This document shows positions 26,408 to 39,013 of a DNA stretch of 64,000 nucleotides, in pieces. The position numbers and the translations under genes were made by a program. The stretch is from Felis catus (taxonomy: Eukaryota). The stretch covers positions 60,760,001-60,824,000 of the forward strand of contig NC_058377.1 of assembly GCF_018350175.1 (NCBI RefSeq). Reading direction: 5' to 3'. The notes under the pieces were generated by a model that saw only the letters and a program-made list of their open reading frames with translations, was not told the DNA's origin and did no database searches. Positions within the stretch are counted from its first letter, which is position 1. Each line of letters begins with the position of its first letter.

Positions 26408-26850
26408 GAGGAGTGCCTGAGTAGCTCAGGAGGTTCAGTATCCGACTTTGGGTCAGGTCATGATCTCACGGTTAGTGAGTTCGAATCTTGCATCAGTCTC
26501 TGCTGTCTGCACAGAGCCTGCTTTGGATCCTCTGTCTTCCTCTCTCTCTGCCCCTCTCCTCTCTCTCTCTCAAAACGAGATATTTTTGTATAAAAATAAA
26601 TTTAAAAATATTTAAAAAAAAAGAAGTGAGGGGTACCTGGGTGGCTCAGTCAGTTAAGCGTCAGACTTCAACTCAGGTTATCATCTCACGATTCATGAGT
26701 TCAAGCCCCACGTCAGGCTCTGTGCTGATAGCTCAGAGCCTGGAGCCTGCTTCGGATTCTGTGTCTCCCTCTCTCTCTGCCCTTCCCCCATTCACGCGCT
26801 CTTTCTGTCTCTGAAAACTTAATACAAGTAAAAAAAAAAGTTAAAAAAAA
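26408..26850 (+). mobile_element. Two tandem CAN-SINEs, specific to unit A
   Basis: Repeated target agaagtga; empty site in unit C near 51390. Confidence 0.88.
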
Positions 26851-26929
26851 TAGAAGTGAATGTATTTCGAGGAAGAATAGAAAGGGCAGAAGCATTGGAA
26901 AAAGGTAAAAACTGGTATGTTGAAAAAAC

Positions 26930-27320
26930 AGAATATACTACTTAACAATAATAGGAAATGGATTACTTATAAAAAATGCAACAGTATGACTGAATCTGAA
27001 AATATTTATACTGAATGAAAGATACCAGACTCGAAAGAATGTATTATTTATTATTTCATTTATGAAAGTTTTAGTGAGAGAGAAATTAATCTATAGTGAA
27101 TGAAATCAGATCAGGGTTTTCCTGGTTTGGGTACAGAGGTGGTGATTGACTCCAGAGAGGCAAGAGAAACTTTTCTGAAGTGATGGAAATGTTCTATGTG
27201 TTAATTGGGCTGGTAGCTACAGAGGCATTTATATGTGTCAGTACTCTTCAAACTGTGTGTTAAAATACTTACATTTTATTGTCACAAGTTATACAACAAC
27301 AAAGCTGATTTTAAAAAGAG
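26930..27320 (+). mobile_element. Ancient L1M 3' end (paralogue at about 51470-51850)
   Basis: gaatgaaagataccagac...gaaacttttctgaagtgatggaaatgttctat...aaaactgattttaaaaa-type L1ME/MD terminus. Confidence 0.6.
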
Positions 27321-28236
27321 GAAGAGGCACTCACAATCACTAACTGATTTGCTGATAACAGTATCACAGTCCCTTGACAACCCTAAAATTTGGGAATCAT
27401 GAAAATGCTCCTTCAGAATACTTATTCATTTCTGGGGACACTTTTAGTCTCCAATAGTGTTTCTTCTGGGGGAAGCAAACATGTTTCTGATTCTTCTTAA
27501 AGTACTTTCAACTGATGTTGGTTTTCGTATCATAAAAGCCTGAGTTCCTAGACCCTCTTCACTGTTGGCTTTGATGGGAGAGTGTGCAGGATGATAAAAA
27601 GACCAATGCAACAATTGTATTGGATGTTTTTTACCTTGTTTGTGTGATGGTATTATGTATGCATGCATATATCCAAACTCATATAAATGTATATATTGAT
27701 GTATAAATAAATATGTATACCTATTTTATAAGTATACTCTATAAAGTTGAAAGACTAAGAAAAAGTAAGCAAAATACATTTTTCTAAAATAACTTGAAAT
27801 TTTAGTTTAAAAGGAAATTAAATATTTACAAATACTAAAACTCTTTGTGACTTTCTCATTCCCTTAACCATAAATATAGTTATCCTCAGAAGAAAATCTT
27901 TTTCATTCTTTTCCACAACTTCTTCATTCTGAAAATCCATTGTCATCTGGGAATAGGAAATTTTTGTAAGGAAAGACCAACACTCAGCATACCTAATACT
28001 CATGGTTTCTGGTCTCTGAAAGTTGTGATTCTGGCACCAATTTCATATCTGGATTTTCAAGCTTTTCGGGAAGTTATCCTATTCAGGAGTCCTTCATCTT
28101 TTTAGATTGTCCCCTCCATTCCCCTAGGGTTTGGCACTGAATTAACCTTTTCTGTACACTTCTGTTGTTGTTTCAATTACCTTTTTCTCATACTAAATTA
28201 AATCTCATCAACCAAGGATAATTTTAAAAAATAATT

Positions 28237-28460
28237 TGGGGCACTTAGGTGGTTCAGTTGGTTAAGCGTCTGACTTTGGCTCAGGTCATGATCTCGCAGT
28301 TGGTGAATTCGAGCCCCACGTAGGGCTCTGTGCTGACAGCTCAGAACCTGGAGCCTGCTTCAGATTCTGTGTCTCCCTTTCTGTCTGCCCCTTCTCTGCT
28401 CACACTCTGTCTCTCTGTCTCTGTGTCTCTCAAAAATAAATAAACATTAAAATTTTTTTA
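28237..28460 (+). mobile_element. CAN-SINE, specific to unit A
   Basis: Full head and tail; empty site near 52730. Confidence 0.88.
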
Positions 28461-28819
28461 AATACATTAAAATGCAGAAAGAAAATTAGAATGTCATAAA
28501 TCTCTCACTCCTCTGAGTTGCTATTATTAGTATTTGGATTAATTTCCAGAGTCTTTTTCTATGCTTATGTATTTCTTTTCAGAACTGGTATCACCCCTAT
28601 GGGCAAATGTTATTTTTCTTTTTTCTTTAATATTCTATCTTGTCCATTTTTTTTACATCTTTACATACTCTTTGCAAATACATTAGTTAAATGATATATG
28701 ATATTCAATTGCTCAGTCTTCATCTGGGTCTTATAGATCAATATATGAATGTTTTCCTCTTTTTTTGTTTTATAAAGAATGAATCTATACATTTTTTTTA
28801 CTTATAAAATAAAATCCTA

Positions 28820-29120
28820 ATTTTTAAAAAAATGTTTATTCATTTATTCTGACAGGGAGAGAGAGAGAGCAGGGAGGGACAGAGAAAGAGCAGGGAGAGA
28901 GAGAATCCCAAGCAGGCTCTGTGCTGTGAGTGCAGAGCCTGATGTGGGCTCTATCTCATGAACTGTGAGATCACGACCTGAGCTGAAATCAAAAGCTGGA
29001 GGCTTAACCAGCTGAGCCACCCAGGTGATCCTCAAATTCTATTTTTATAAAAGAGATTCCATGTGAGGAAAAATATGTACTTTTTAACTGTTTTGGTGGG
29101 AAAACAATTTTTAAGTTTGT

Positions 29121-29163
<43 letters not shown>

Positions 29164-29358
29164 TTTTTGAGAGAGAGAGAAAGAGAGAGCACATGTGTGA
29201 GGGGGGTAAGGGCACAGAGAGGGAGAGAGAGAATTCCAAACAGGCTCTGCACTGTCAGCATGGAGCCGTACATGGGACTGGATCCTAGGAATCATGAAAT
29301 TATGACCTGAGCCAAATTCAAGAGGTGAATGCTCAACTGACTGAACCCGCATGTGCCC
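28820..29358 (-). mobile_element. Two CAN-SINEs (28820-29031 and 29110-29358), specific to unit A
   Basis: The second has TSD ctgttttggtgg and a (TTTA)n tail. Confidence 0.85.
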
Positions 29359-29757
29359 CTGTTTTGGTGGAAGTTTGTAATCACCTTTTTAACAAGGTAT
29401 ACCAAGTTATACTTCTACTGACAGTTTAAAAGTATTTTCAACTTTGTGATCTGTGGAAGATGGTGTTCTTTTTAAATCTTCACTAATTTGATAGGTGGAC
29501 ATATTTTTTATTATTTTAATATTTTATTGTGTTGATGGGCATTGGTCAACTCAGGATTAATGATCAATCACATTTCCCAGAGAGCTTTTATGGGCATTCT
29601 AAAAATTGGTCCTTTTCCTCTAGAAGGTTGCTAACCTCTGGACCTTTTGTTCACAGAAAAGACTTTGTACTGGCCTGACAAACTATCTGCATCTATATGT
29701 TCCTGGATCAGTGTGGGGGGTGGGGCGTGGGTTGGCTATGTTGCCATGACCCTTGGC

Positions 29758-30702
29758 TCAGGGATCTTTTCCACAAAAACCTTGAATAACCCTGTTTCTG
29801 ATCTGCTTGGTTCTAACTCCATAGATGATGGGGTTGAGCATGGGAGGAACCAGGAGATAGAGATTGGCAAACATGATATGTACTGCTCGGGGCACATGAT
29901 GTCCAAAGCGGTGGGTGAGAAAAGTGAAGAGGGCAGGGATATATAAAGCCAAGATGACACAGATATGGGATGCACATGTGCCAAAAGCCTTGAGCTGGGC
30001 TTGACCAGAAGGCAACCCCAGAACAGTTCTCAAAATCATCACATAGGAGACACTGATAACAATCATATCAAAGCCAACCACAGAGAAGGCCACAAAGAGC
30101 CCATATGCACGATTTACTCTAGTGTCTGCACACACCAGCTTTAGCACAGCCATGTGTTCACAGTATGGCTGGGGAATGATCTGGTTGGGGCAGAAGGGCA
30201 TCCTGGAGACCATAATGCAGAAGGGGCTCACCAAAAGCAATGCTCTCATCATCACAGCTGCTCCCAATTTACCCACTACAGCTGGGGTCAGGACACTTGA
30301 GTGACGGAGTGGGAAGCAGATGGCCACATAACGGTCCAAGGCCATAGCCATGAGTACCCCAGACTCCACAGAGGAAAAGGCATGGATGAAGAACACCTGG
30401 ATGAGGCAGGCATGGTATTGAGTCTCATGAGCATGAAACCAGAGTATAGCCAGCATTTTAGGTTGGGTGGAAGACGAGAGGACCAGGTCAGTGATAGCCA
30501 GCATGGCTAGAAAGAGGTACATGGGCTCATGCAGAGTGTGGTCAATTCGGATTATATGGAGGACAGTGGTATTGCCAATTATAGCCACAACATACATGGC
30601 ACAGAGAGGAAAGGCAATCCAAAATTGGGAATTCTCGAGTCCTGGGATCCCAAGTAGGATGAAGGACACAGGATAAGATGAGTGGTTCCCTGAAGCCAAC
30701 AT
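29758..30702 (-). CDS. OR52R1: Olfactory receptor 52R1 paralogue A, 314 aa, intact
   Basis: MLASGNHSSYPVSFILLGIPGLE...IRIDHTLHEPMYLFLAMLAITDLVLSSSTQPKML...MALDRYVAICFPLRH matches OR52R1 as recalled. The first ATG is at 30702 (the track start at 30705 is GTG). Acceptor ccttctcAG at 30729-30728. Confidence 0.93.
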   Translation of the reverse strand: MLASGNHSSYPVSFILLGIPGLENSQFWIAFPLCAMYVVAIIGNTTVLHIIRIDHTLHEPMYLFLAMLAITDLVLSSSTQPKMLAILWFHAHETQYHACLIQVFFIHAFSSVESGVLMAMALDRYVAICFPLRHSSVLTPAVVGKLGAAVMMRALLLVSPFCIMVSRMPFCPNQIIPQPYCEHMAVLKLVCADTRVNRAYGLFVAFSVVGFDMIVISVSYVMILRTVLGLPSGQAQLKAFGTCASHICVILALYIPALFTFLTHRFGHHVPRAVHIMFANLYLLVPPMLNPIIYGVRTKQIRNRVIQGFCGKDP

Positions 30703-31316
30703 CACAGGACGGTTAATTTGTTCTCCCCTGAGAAGGTAAGGTACTATCTATAGATGATAATAATAAATTATCATTATTATTTATAATCTTTTGGAAGAGG
30801 CAGTTAAATAATAGGGCAATAATGTTTAATGGTAAGCTGGAATAATTTCAACTATTTTAATAAGTACATTTTTGCAACTTAAAGTAATGCCACTCTTTAT
30901 TCTTCATTCATGTTTATGTCATTCAAATGGGGTCAGAACATGCTAGCTGCAATTGTAATTTCTGTATACGAATTAATATTTTTCTTGAAAGTAGAATCTG
31001 CCAAGGGAAGACTATCTTGACAAATAACGTCACTAATAGTAATTCTTGCACTTCTATTCTTTAGAATGAACTGATATGTTTTACCTTTCCCAAGGTCCTT
31101 TTCAGCCCTTTGTTTAAGCCAGTTAGGCAACTTTTCAGGGTTGGAAACCAATTTGGAAAACATTTTGGCTGAGGGCTCATAACAATGTATGTAGTGATGA
31201 TGACTTATCTTTGACTCTAGGAGTTACCAGGAGAATTTGGGCTGGAGGATGACAGGCTGACAGATTGTACACCTGAAATTAAACCTGTTATCTATAGTGG
31301 ATGTTTCCTCCTAGAT

Positions 31317-31542
31317 TAGGGGCCAGCAACTGTTTTCTGTAAAAGGTCAGATAGATCACACATATTTTAGTCTTCATGGGCCATACATTCTCTGTTGCAA
31401 CTAGTCAGTTTAGCGATTGAAGCATGAAAGCAGCCACAGTCAATACAGACATTTGTGAGTGTGGCTACATTCCAATACAATTTCATTTTTAAAACAGACT
31501 AGAAGCTGGATTTGGTCTTCAGGTGATAGTTTACTAATTCCT
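31317..31542 (+). mobile_element. MER58-like MITE in the OR52R1-A intron
   Basis: aggggccagcaactgttttctgtaaaagg...ggatttgg...tagtttactaattcct. Present in all three units, so it predates the duplication. Confidence 0.65.
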
Positions 31543-33811
31543 CTCCTATATCATAAATTTTCATGATATCAGCCCTGAAGAGTGCACCAACATGAGCACC
31601 TCTGCATTTGGCATAGAACAGGGATTTAATAAATATTTGCTGAAGCAAACAAGAAATATGTGTCATTGTTCAAGGGCAATGGACTTTTCAACCGATTAGC
31701 CATTCTTAAAATGTCTTGACAGAACCTTCTAAACACTACTTTGATGCCATGTCACAAGACAGCTATATCTATTTCTCACACTAGAGTCTGAACTCCTGTC
31801 CATTGAAAGACGTGAATGTCATCTTCTGCTGATACTTGCATACATGGTTGATCTTGTCTGGTCTCTCTGGTGACTATGACCTACCTGAGAGTCAATGACA
31901 CAAAAGCTTACCTGGTTCTTAACACCTTTCCACTTTTTAATCTCACTTGACCTGAGCCTTTCCTGGAACACATTCATTCTTTCTCCTCCATAACAGTAAC
32001 ACCCAGAGATGAAGAATATCTTTTGAGATTTCCCTTAATCATTTATATCTGGGGACTAAGAAATGTTTCATTCAACCAGACTTAGTGGTTCCTAACAAGG
32101 GTTTCTTTGAGATCCCAGATAGACTAAACTCTCTGATTTTCACTAGATTTATAACATTATGAGAGAAATGGGACTCAGAACTTATAAATCTTACTCTAAA
32201 TTGGAAACTTTACTATTCTACCTAGACAATAGCTATAGGTTTGCTCAAACCAAATGCTCCTATCCAAGCCACAGTAAAAAATTAAGAAACACACACATTG
32301 TCTAGTGTCTAAGGCTCTGTTTCATCCCTTTCAGCCTGGTTTGGTCTTCCAGTGAAATATTCTGTTTGAATCAGAGTCTTCCTTTCTCCTTTTCTGTGCT
32401 CTGTAAGTCAGCCTCCATTTGTGAGGATGAAGTCACCGAGGCTCATAGGCACCTGGAAAAGCACTTAGACCATCTTCATTCCTGCACTGGGCACTAGTAA
32501 AGATACTGGCTAAAACTACACTTTAACAAAAGGTATGCTATTCTAATTAATTATGATAGACATTGCTGTTTTTATAAATATAACACTATATGCCTTTACA
32601 TGTTATTGTTTTTAACTCTCACACATTTCTGCCCATCATCCTTCATGGAGAACATACCTATTTTACATACTCCATTTGGAGTGGTGACTCTTCTTGGTGG
32701 TGACCAGGGACCCAAGTCTGAGATAGCAGATGGGGCCTCTTGACAGGTGTCTCTCGTTCTTTTCTGCACTTACATTCCCATGGAATCTGGTGTCCTCACT
32801 ATCAGCATTTCCTTAGTCTTTTTTCCCCCTCAGACTTATGAACCCAACATGTGCAGAGTGAAGGTTACAAGTCATATGGAGAGGACAGGGAGTTAACTAG
32901 TCTTGTATCAGTTTGTGCAGTGTGTGAGGTTTTCAATAGTAATTCCGAGGGGGAGACACAGGTTATCAATTTGCTGCTGGGTTGAGGGATGGAAATTTGC
33001 ATTTCCTAAAGAGTAGGAAAAGGAAGAGCAATGTAATTTCCCTTCTTGCTCAACATTCCTCCCCCTTTCCCTGCTTTTAAATATGTCCCTGTCCCTGCCC
33101 TTATGTGCTACACCTCTTGTGAGCATAGTGCATACTGAAAGAAGAAATTAAGTCATCTTTTCCAACATAATACCTAAGATGATCATACAACGAACTTCAG
33201 ATTCAATTTTTCTTTTCTCCAGAATACAATCTAATTTGTAAGAACTTGGCATAGCTTTTGGTTCAAGGATTCTGTTCTGACACTAATGGAGCTCAGCTTT
33301 CATCTGTGAGTATAGGTTTGAATCCAGTGCTGATACCATTACCTCTGTTGGCTTCCATTACTCCACTCATTATGTGGAAATAGTTATGTCCATCAGTTTA
33401 ACCAAGTTGCTCAAGGCTGAAAGGGTAGAGGAAAAATGGGCTGAGATCTTGCTAAGGAATAGCTGCAGGGAAATTTAGACTATTCTGTCACTTTGGGGTA
33501 TCTAAAACTAAGGCATGGAGCAAGAATGCTAGAGGAAGGCAGAGTTCAGATCCAGCGTCCTTTGTGGAGGGATTGTGTATGAGGCAAGCTTCCTACTTTT
33601 CTAGAATTTTCCTGGAGGACACAGTGTGAGCAGCGAATTATCTCCCCATCTCAGAAAGAAATCCAACAGTCATGGATCTCTTGACCTGGAGCCTCCATGA
33701 GTCATGCCATCCTTCAAAGTGTATTGCCTTATCTTTCAGCTTCTTAGAGCCTCTGTGAGTCCTGCTGTTCTTTGGGAAGGGCAGAGATGACTGAGGCACA
33801 GGGGACCAACC

Positions 33812-34030
33812 ACTCACCTTGAGCTCTGCTTTATCTCTGACCATAAGCAGCTTAACTGACTCCTCTGTGACTCAGCTTTTCACAGAGACTGTAGATTAAG
33901 ACCTATTTAAAGACCTGTAAAGTATGGCCCCTCTCTTCCCCAAGCATTAATTCTTTGCCTCCTCTTGGAACCCACTGCCTCATACACTGGCTTCCTCTGA
34001 GATTAGAGAATAAAACTGGAAACATTAACC
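33812..34030 (-). promoter_or_regulatory. Putative promoter and non-coding first exon of OR52R1-A
   Basis: On the minus strand: homeodomain-like TTAATG sites, O/E(EBF)-like CCAAGAGG and TCTCAGAGGAA, TATA-like CTTTAAATA (33912-33904), then consensus donor AAG|GTGAGT (33817-33812). The arrangement is conserved in all three units. Confidence 0.55.
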
Positions 34031-35101
34031 CCTAACTTGCCTCTCTCCTCTGTATACACATAAGCAAAGGCAGCGTATTTGAATGGATGCACAAAAGTGT
34101 GTGTTGTTGAGATTACAGGAGTATGAGCTTATCAGTATGCATGTATTTTTTGTTAGTAAATTCTCCTTTGTGAAGCTGGAAAGTCCTTCTCACTTAGCCC
34201 AAACAGTTAAGCCTATGCAGAACTTCCTCTCACTCCCTGTGTAGAGCCTTGCTGGTATTCTCTTATTTATTATTTCTTAGCATTCCCTGGTATAGGATAG
34301 GTCAAATGAAGACTTGACAGCAATTATTTAAAAACAGAGGGTAAGGCTTTATTTGCAGAGTTCAAAGCTGTCAGACTTCAGAAGCTATGCCTCACCAAAT
34401 CAAAATCCAACATACATTTACAGGGAAACAAATCACACAAAAATTCACCAAGAGTATCAAGTTTACAGCAATCTGTTTATGGTGAATTGCAATCATTATA
34501 TTCACAAAGGTCATGGTTTATTTTAATACATTAGTATAACAAAAATCTGACTACAACTGTTTTTGTTAGAGAGTCCAGGTTTAGAGGAAATAGTCAAGGT
34601 TTTATTATCCTGGGGATCAGGCTGACATTGTAATTTTGGAGTTATCTCTGTTTGCAGATTTTTCTCTTTGTCTATTTCTTTTAGCTGTCAGAGATTAAAC
34701 ACTTGGTGTAATGGAAGAGAAAGAAGTGCCAGGTTTTTCTTCTTCCTTCTTTTGTTCTTGTTCTTTTTTCTGCTCTTATTCTTGTTCCGATTGTCCTCTC
34801 TTTCTCCTTCTCCTTTGTCTTTGTCTCCATCTCAACTTCAGCAAGTTCCTGCGATGATACATTTCACTGAGTCAAAACTACTCTCTGTCAGGCAGAGACA
34901 TAATACTTGTTTTAATTATTCTACATCATGTAGTCTTAACAGCTACTTTAGAGGTAGTTCTATCTTCTGCATTTTACATATAAATAAATCGAGGTTTAGC
35001 TAGGTTAAGTTACTTCATTAAATACAAGTAAAGGGCAAATCTTTCTGACTCAAAGATGTCACTTTTCCTACTATATCATACTTTGCACATGTTATGAGTA
35101 T

Positions 35102-35631
35102 TAGGGCTGAAACTAAGGTGAGGTAAGGAACATATTTCTCTTGGGCATGAAAGAAGGGTGCTATAAAAAACTCATCCACCAATCAGATAAATAACATTTT
35201 ATGCAGTGTGTTAAAAAGTAAAAATTGATGCAAAAATCTTAATGAACAGAATATCAAAATTCTCATTAAAGACCAGAGCTGTACCAAGCAACAGTGTCCT
35301 GTAGCAAAATGCAAACTATGCACCCCTATGTACATATTTTTATGTATTTTTAATAATGTTTTCTTGAACATTAAAATATTTGAGACATTGAAAAGTAATT
35401 ATATTAAATACCACGCCATTATTTTCAATTTAAGTATTTTATTAATACCAAAATAGAATAAATTAAAATTTATATTTCATCTAAAGTCAAATAAAAATTA
35501 TTTAGAATCCTCATTTACTTACAAGAAAACTTCCAACATGGTGACTTTTTGAAATGACATAAGCAAAGAAGTACTTACGTACTTACTTACTTTATTTATT
35601 TATTTTTAAAGTTTATTTATTTATTTTGAGT

Positions 35632-35662
<31 letters not shown>

Positions 35663-35920
35663 TGGGGTAGGGGTAGAGACAGAGGGAGAGAGAGAGAATA
35701 CCAAGCAGGCTCCACACTGCCACTGCAGAGCCCAATGTGGGGCTTGAACTCATGAACAGTTAGATCATGTCCTGAGCTGAAACCAAGAGTAGACAGTCAC
35801 TTAACCAACTGAGCCACCCAGGCCCCAAGTACATATTTAAAATAGTAACAATAATTTATCTAAAGTACTAGTGCACATTTTTTTTTTCCTTTTGCTCTAA
35901 TACAGCTTGGCATGGCACTG
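35102..35920 (+). mobile_element. MER96-like hAT relic interrupted by a SINE
   Basis: Termini tagggctgaaactaaggtgagg... and ...gcttggcatggcactg. Confidence 0.5.
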
Positions 35921-36436
35921 TTATTTATTTAAAATTTTGATATTTTATGAATCATGGAATAAAAATTATTTTATTTTATTTATGTTTTTTAAACTTGATT
36001 TATTTATTTTGAGAGAGAGAGGGAGAGAGAGAGAGGGAAGGACAGAGAATCCCAAGAGGCTCTGTTCTGTCAGTGCAGAGACCACATGGGATTTGAACTC
36101 ACAAACCATGAGATCATGACCTGAGCCAAAATCCTGAGTCTGTAGCTTACTAACTGAGCCATTCAGGCACCACTGCCCACCCCCCAAATAATTTATTTTA
36201 TAAAAATATTGCATTAAAAAATTTTAAACATAATTACTGAATTTCTTTTTAAGAGAGAGAGAGCGCGCGCGTGCAAGTCCTGGGGGAGACACACAGGAAG
36301 ATGGAGAGAGAGGATCCCAAGCAGGCTCAATGTCCATCTAAGATTCTGATGTGGGGCTTGATCTCATGACCCTGAGGTCATGACCTGAAATGAAATCGAG
36401 GTTGACACTTAACTGAGTTAACCACCCAGGCACCCC
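35590..36436 (-). mobile_element. Cluster of three CAN-SINEs (35590-35826, 35970-36171, 36245-36436)
   Basis: Each has (GA)n, gagatcatgacctgag-type body and a ...ccacccagg-type head on the minus strand. Confidence 0.85.
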
Positions 36437-36899
36437 TAGTTACTGAATTATTGAATCCCTGTAATTTTACTCTCCTCAAAGTATTGTTGGCTATTAGCAA
36501 TTGTCCTTGGTGTATCTCCATCTTAATATGAATAAGGCCATGAGCACTTTCATGATTCTGAGTTTCAGGGGAAAGTTTGAAACACTCATATGTGTTTCAA
36601 ACTTCTAGAGAGTTTTTGCAGGATATTTTGTCCCTTCATTCATTCTCATTTCCATCTCTCTCCCTTTACTCTGCAAAGCCTAGAGAGGAAGAAAAGAGAT
36701 AGTATTTCCTCTTTCAAATTTCTACTCCAGTTTCTCCACCTCTCTGTCTCCTTGGTTCTTCTTCACCTCTTCTCCTGCTCCTTTATTTGTATCTTTACCT
36801 GCTGTTCGTGGGAGGGAGATATGACTTTGCCCTCACAGGACTCTATCAGAGAGAAGAGAAGTGAGAACAAAGAAGACCAACTCCTTGCAAAAGCCTCTG

Positions 36900-38342
36900 A
36901 AATGAAAATAAAGGAAGAGAGGAGGGATTACTCACCAATTTTCATTGAGCCTTGGAGTCCAGATGAGAAGACTCAGGCCCCATGCAGGATGCCAAAATGA
37001 AGTGAGTTGCAGTGGGGTCTGAGAGTGAATGGTCAAGAAAGAATTCTTGAGATGTTTTTCGTGCAAAAGGGTGTTTTCATTATAGCCTGCTGACAGGACC
37101 CATGAGCAGAAAGAGCTGCTCCCCCCACCCGTGACCCTTCCAGGGTGGGTTATGTGTGACATTCCTCAGGACAGAGGAATTAAGACAGAAATGACTGTCT
37201 TAATAATTTACAAGGAAAAGAGCAATCTCCAGAACCCCACAGACTCAATTTCCTAGAGCCCTAGTATCACCCTCTCCTCCATAATGATGTGGGGAACATA
37301 GGCAAGGAGAAAATGTAGACTAAATTAAATTTATTTATAACCTGCAGCCCTTTGACAAATACTTGAGATAGAGTATAACATTCCTCCAAAAAACTCCCAA
37401 CTGTCTTGTCTTAATGTTAATGCCTTACAAGAGAGAAAAATATCTTTAGCTCAACAATAGTAAGGCCTCCAGGATCTTATGAGTCCAAATTGGCACATGA
37501 AAGTCCTTTTGGAAGCCTTTCTTTTTCCTTAACTCTCCCAACTCCCAAACCTAAAATCACAATCCCAGTGCAGCTCTTTCAGTCCATGGGTCCTATTCAT
37601 GTGCTTTAAGAAAATCACCATTTTGCATAGAATTTACCCTATGACCCAACAATTGCACAAGTAGGCATTTATCCAGAGGCTACAAAAATACTGATTCGAA
37701 GGAGCACATGCACCCAATGTTTATAGCAGCTCTATCAACAATAGCCAAATTAGGGAAAGAGCCCAAATGTCCATCCACTGATGAATGGAAAAAGAGATGT
37801 GGTATATATATTTAATGGAATAATATTTGGTGATTAAAAAGAATGAAATCTTGTCATTTGCAACAACGTGGATGGAAGTAATGTATTATGCTAAGCAAAA
37901 ATAAGTCAATCAGAGAAAGACGAATATCATATGATTTCACTCATATGTGGAATTTAAGAAACAAAGCAGATGAACATAAGGGAAGGGAAGGAACAATAAG
38001 ATAAAAACAGAGAGGGAGGCAAATCATAAGAGATTCTAAAATACAGAGAACAAACTGAGGGTTGCTGGAGGGGAGGTAGGTGGGGGGGATGGGCTAATGG
38101 GTGATGGGCATTAAGGAAGACACTTGTTGGGATGAGCACTGGGTGTTATACATGAGTGGTGAATCACTGGGTTCTGCTCCTAAAACCAGTACTACACTGT
38201 ATAGTAAGTAACTTGAACTTAAATAAGTAATTTTTTAAAAACTCAATGTTTTGAACCAAAGATATCTCAAGAATTCTTTCCTGGCCTCCACTCCAGATCC
38301 CTGCTCACCCCATCCCCCCCCCCCAACTCCAAAACCACATCA
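36900..38342 (+). mobile_element. ERV solo LTR (carnivore LTR-like) split by an L1
   Basis: LTR-like sequence ending ...ccaaaaccacatCA. The text aaaatcaccattttgca / aaaactcaatgttttgaa resumes across the L1. Family not identified. Confidence 0.55.
37628..38240 (+). mobile_element. Older carnivore L1 3' fragment inserted into an LTR
   Basis: ccctatgacccaacaattgcac...gagcactgggtgttata...aaataag: L1 ORF2 C-terminus and 3' UTR. Confidence 0.85.
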
Positions 38343-39013
38343 AGAGGACCTCTATTATGAAAGCTGTAAGGGCTAGGAAGAAATACATAGTTCATAGAGG
38401 TAGCCAGTGCAGGCCACATCAAAGAAGGGAGTTGTTTCACCACAACCATAGCATAGTTGATCTAGAACAGGAAGCAGATCCAGAATTGAGAATCCTCCCA
38501 TCTTGGAAAGACACAGGAAGTGGGTTGGTGCCAGTCCCTGGTGGTGGCATTAGAGGATCACTGCTGATGGGGAAGGAAACTATCCTCTAAAGAGACTAAG
38601 CAAGTAATAAACATGCTGTTTTTGAGAAGGCTGGGAACTATGAGAGCTGAGTGACCAGAAAATTGTCTGAACAAGAAACACTAATTATATGTTATAAATA
38701 CACATATTTTTCCTAAACTAAATTAAAGAAAAATTGAGTTATCCTGTTTCTCCTGATGGCTGTGTTTATAAATCACATGCCCAGATATAGAATGAATAAT
38801 AAACACTTCAAATATTAAATTTCCAAATGGAAATGAATCACAGTAAATGCTATGTTAACCCCTGTCCTTTTCTGCTCATAAAAGTCAATTGCATCTAAAG
38901 AAAGATACTATGTTTTCATGATGCCTATGGGCATATCTGAATACTCTTCTGTTTTAGAAACATTACTTAAGATAAATTTGAAAAATCAAAAAAATGGATA
39001 GAAGAAAGGAGGG

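Larger units (their letters stand above)
24710..34800. repeat. Segmental duplication unit A (OR52R1 unit)
   Basis: Colinear homology with about 49540-59870 (unit C) and, from about 28545, with about 40440-47225 (unit B). Confidence 0.9.

Noticed and set aside
27166-27176. AAACTTTTC motif resembling the class I J-element motif
   Set aside because: It is embedded in an L1M 3' end, with no cluster of homeodomain or O/E sites.
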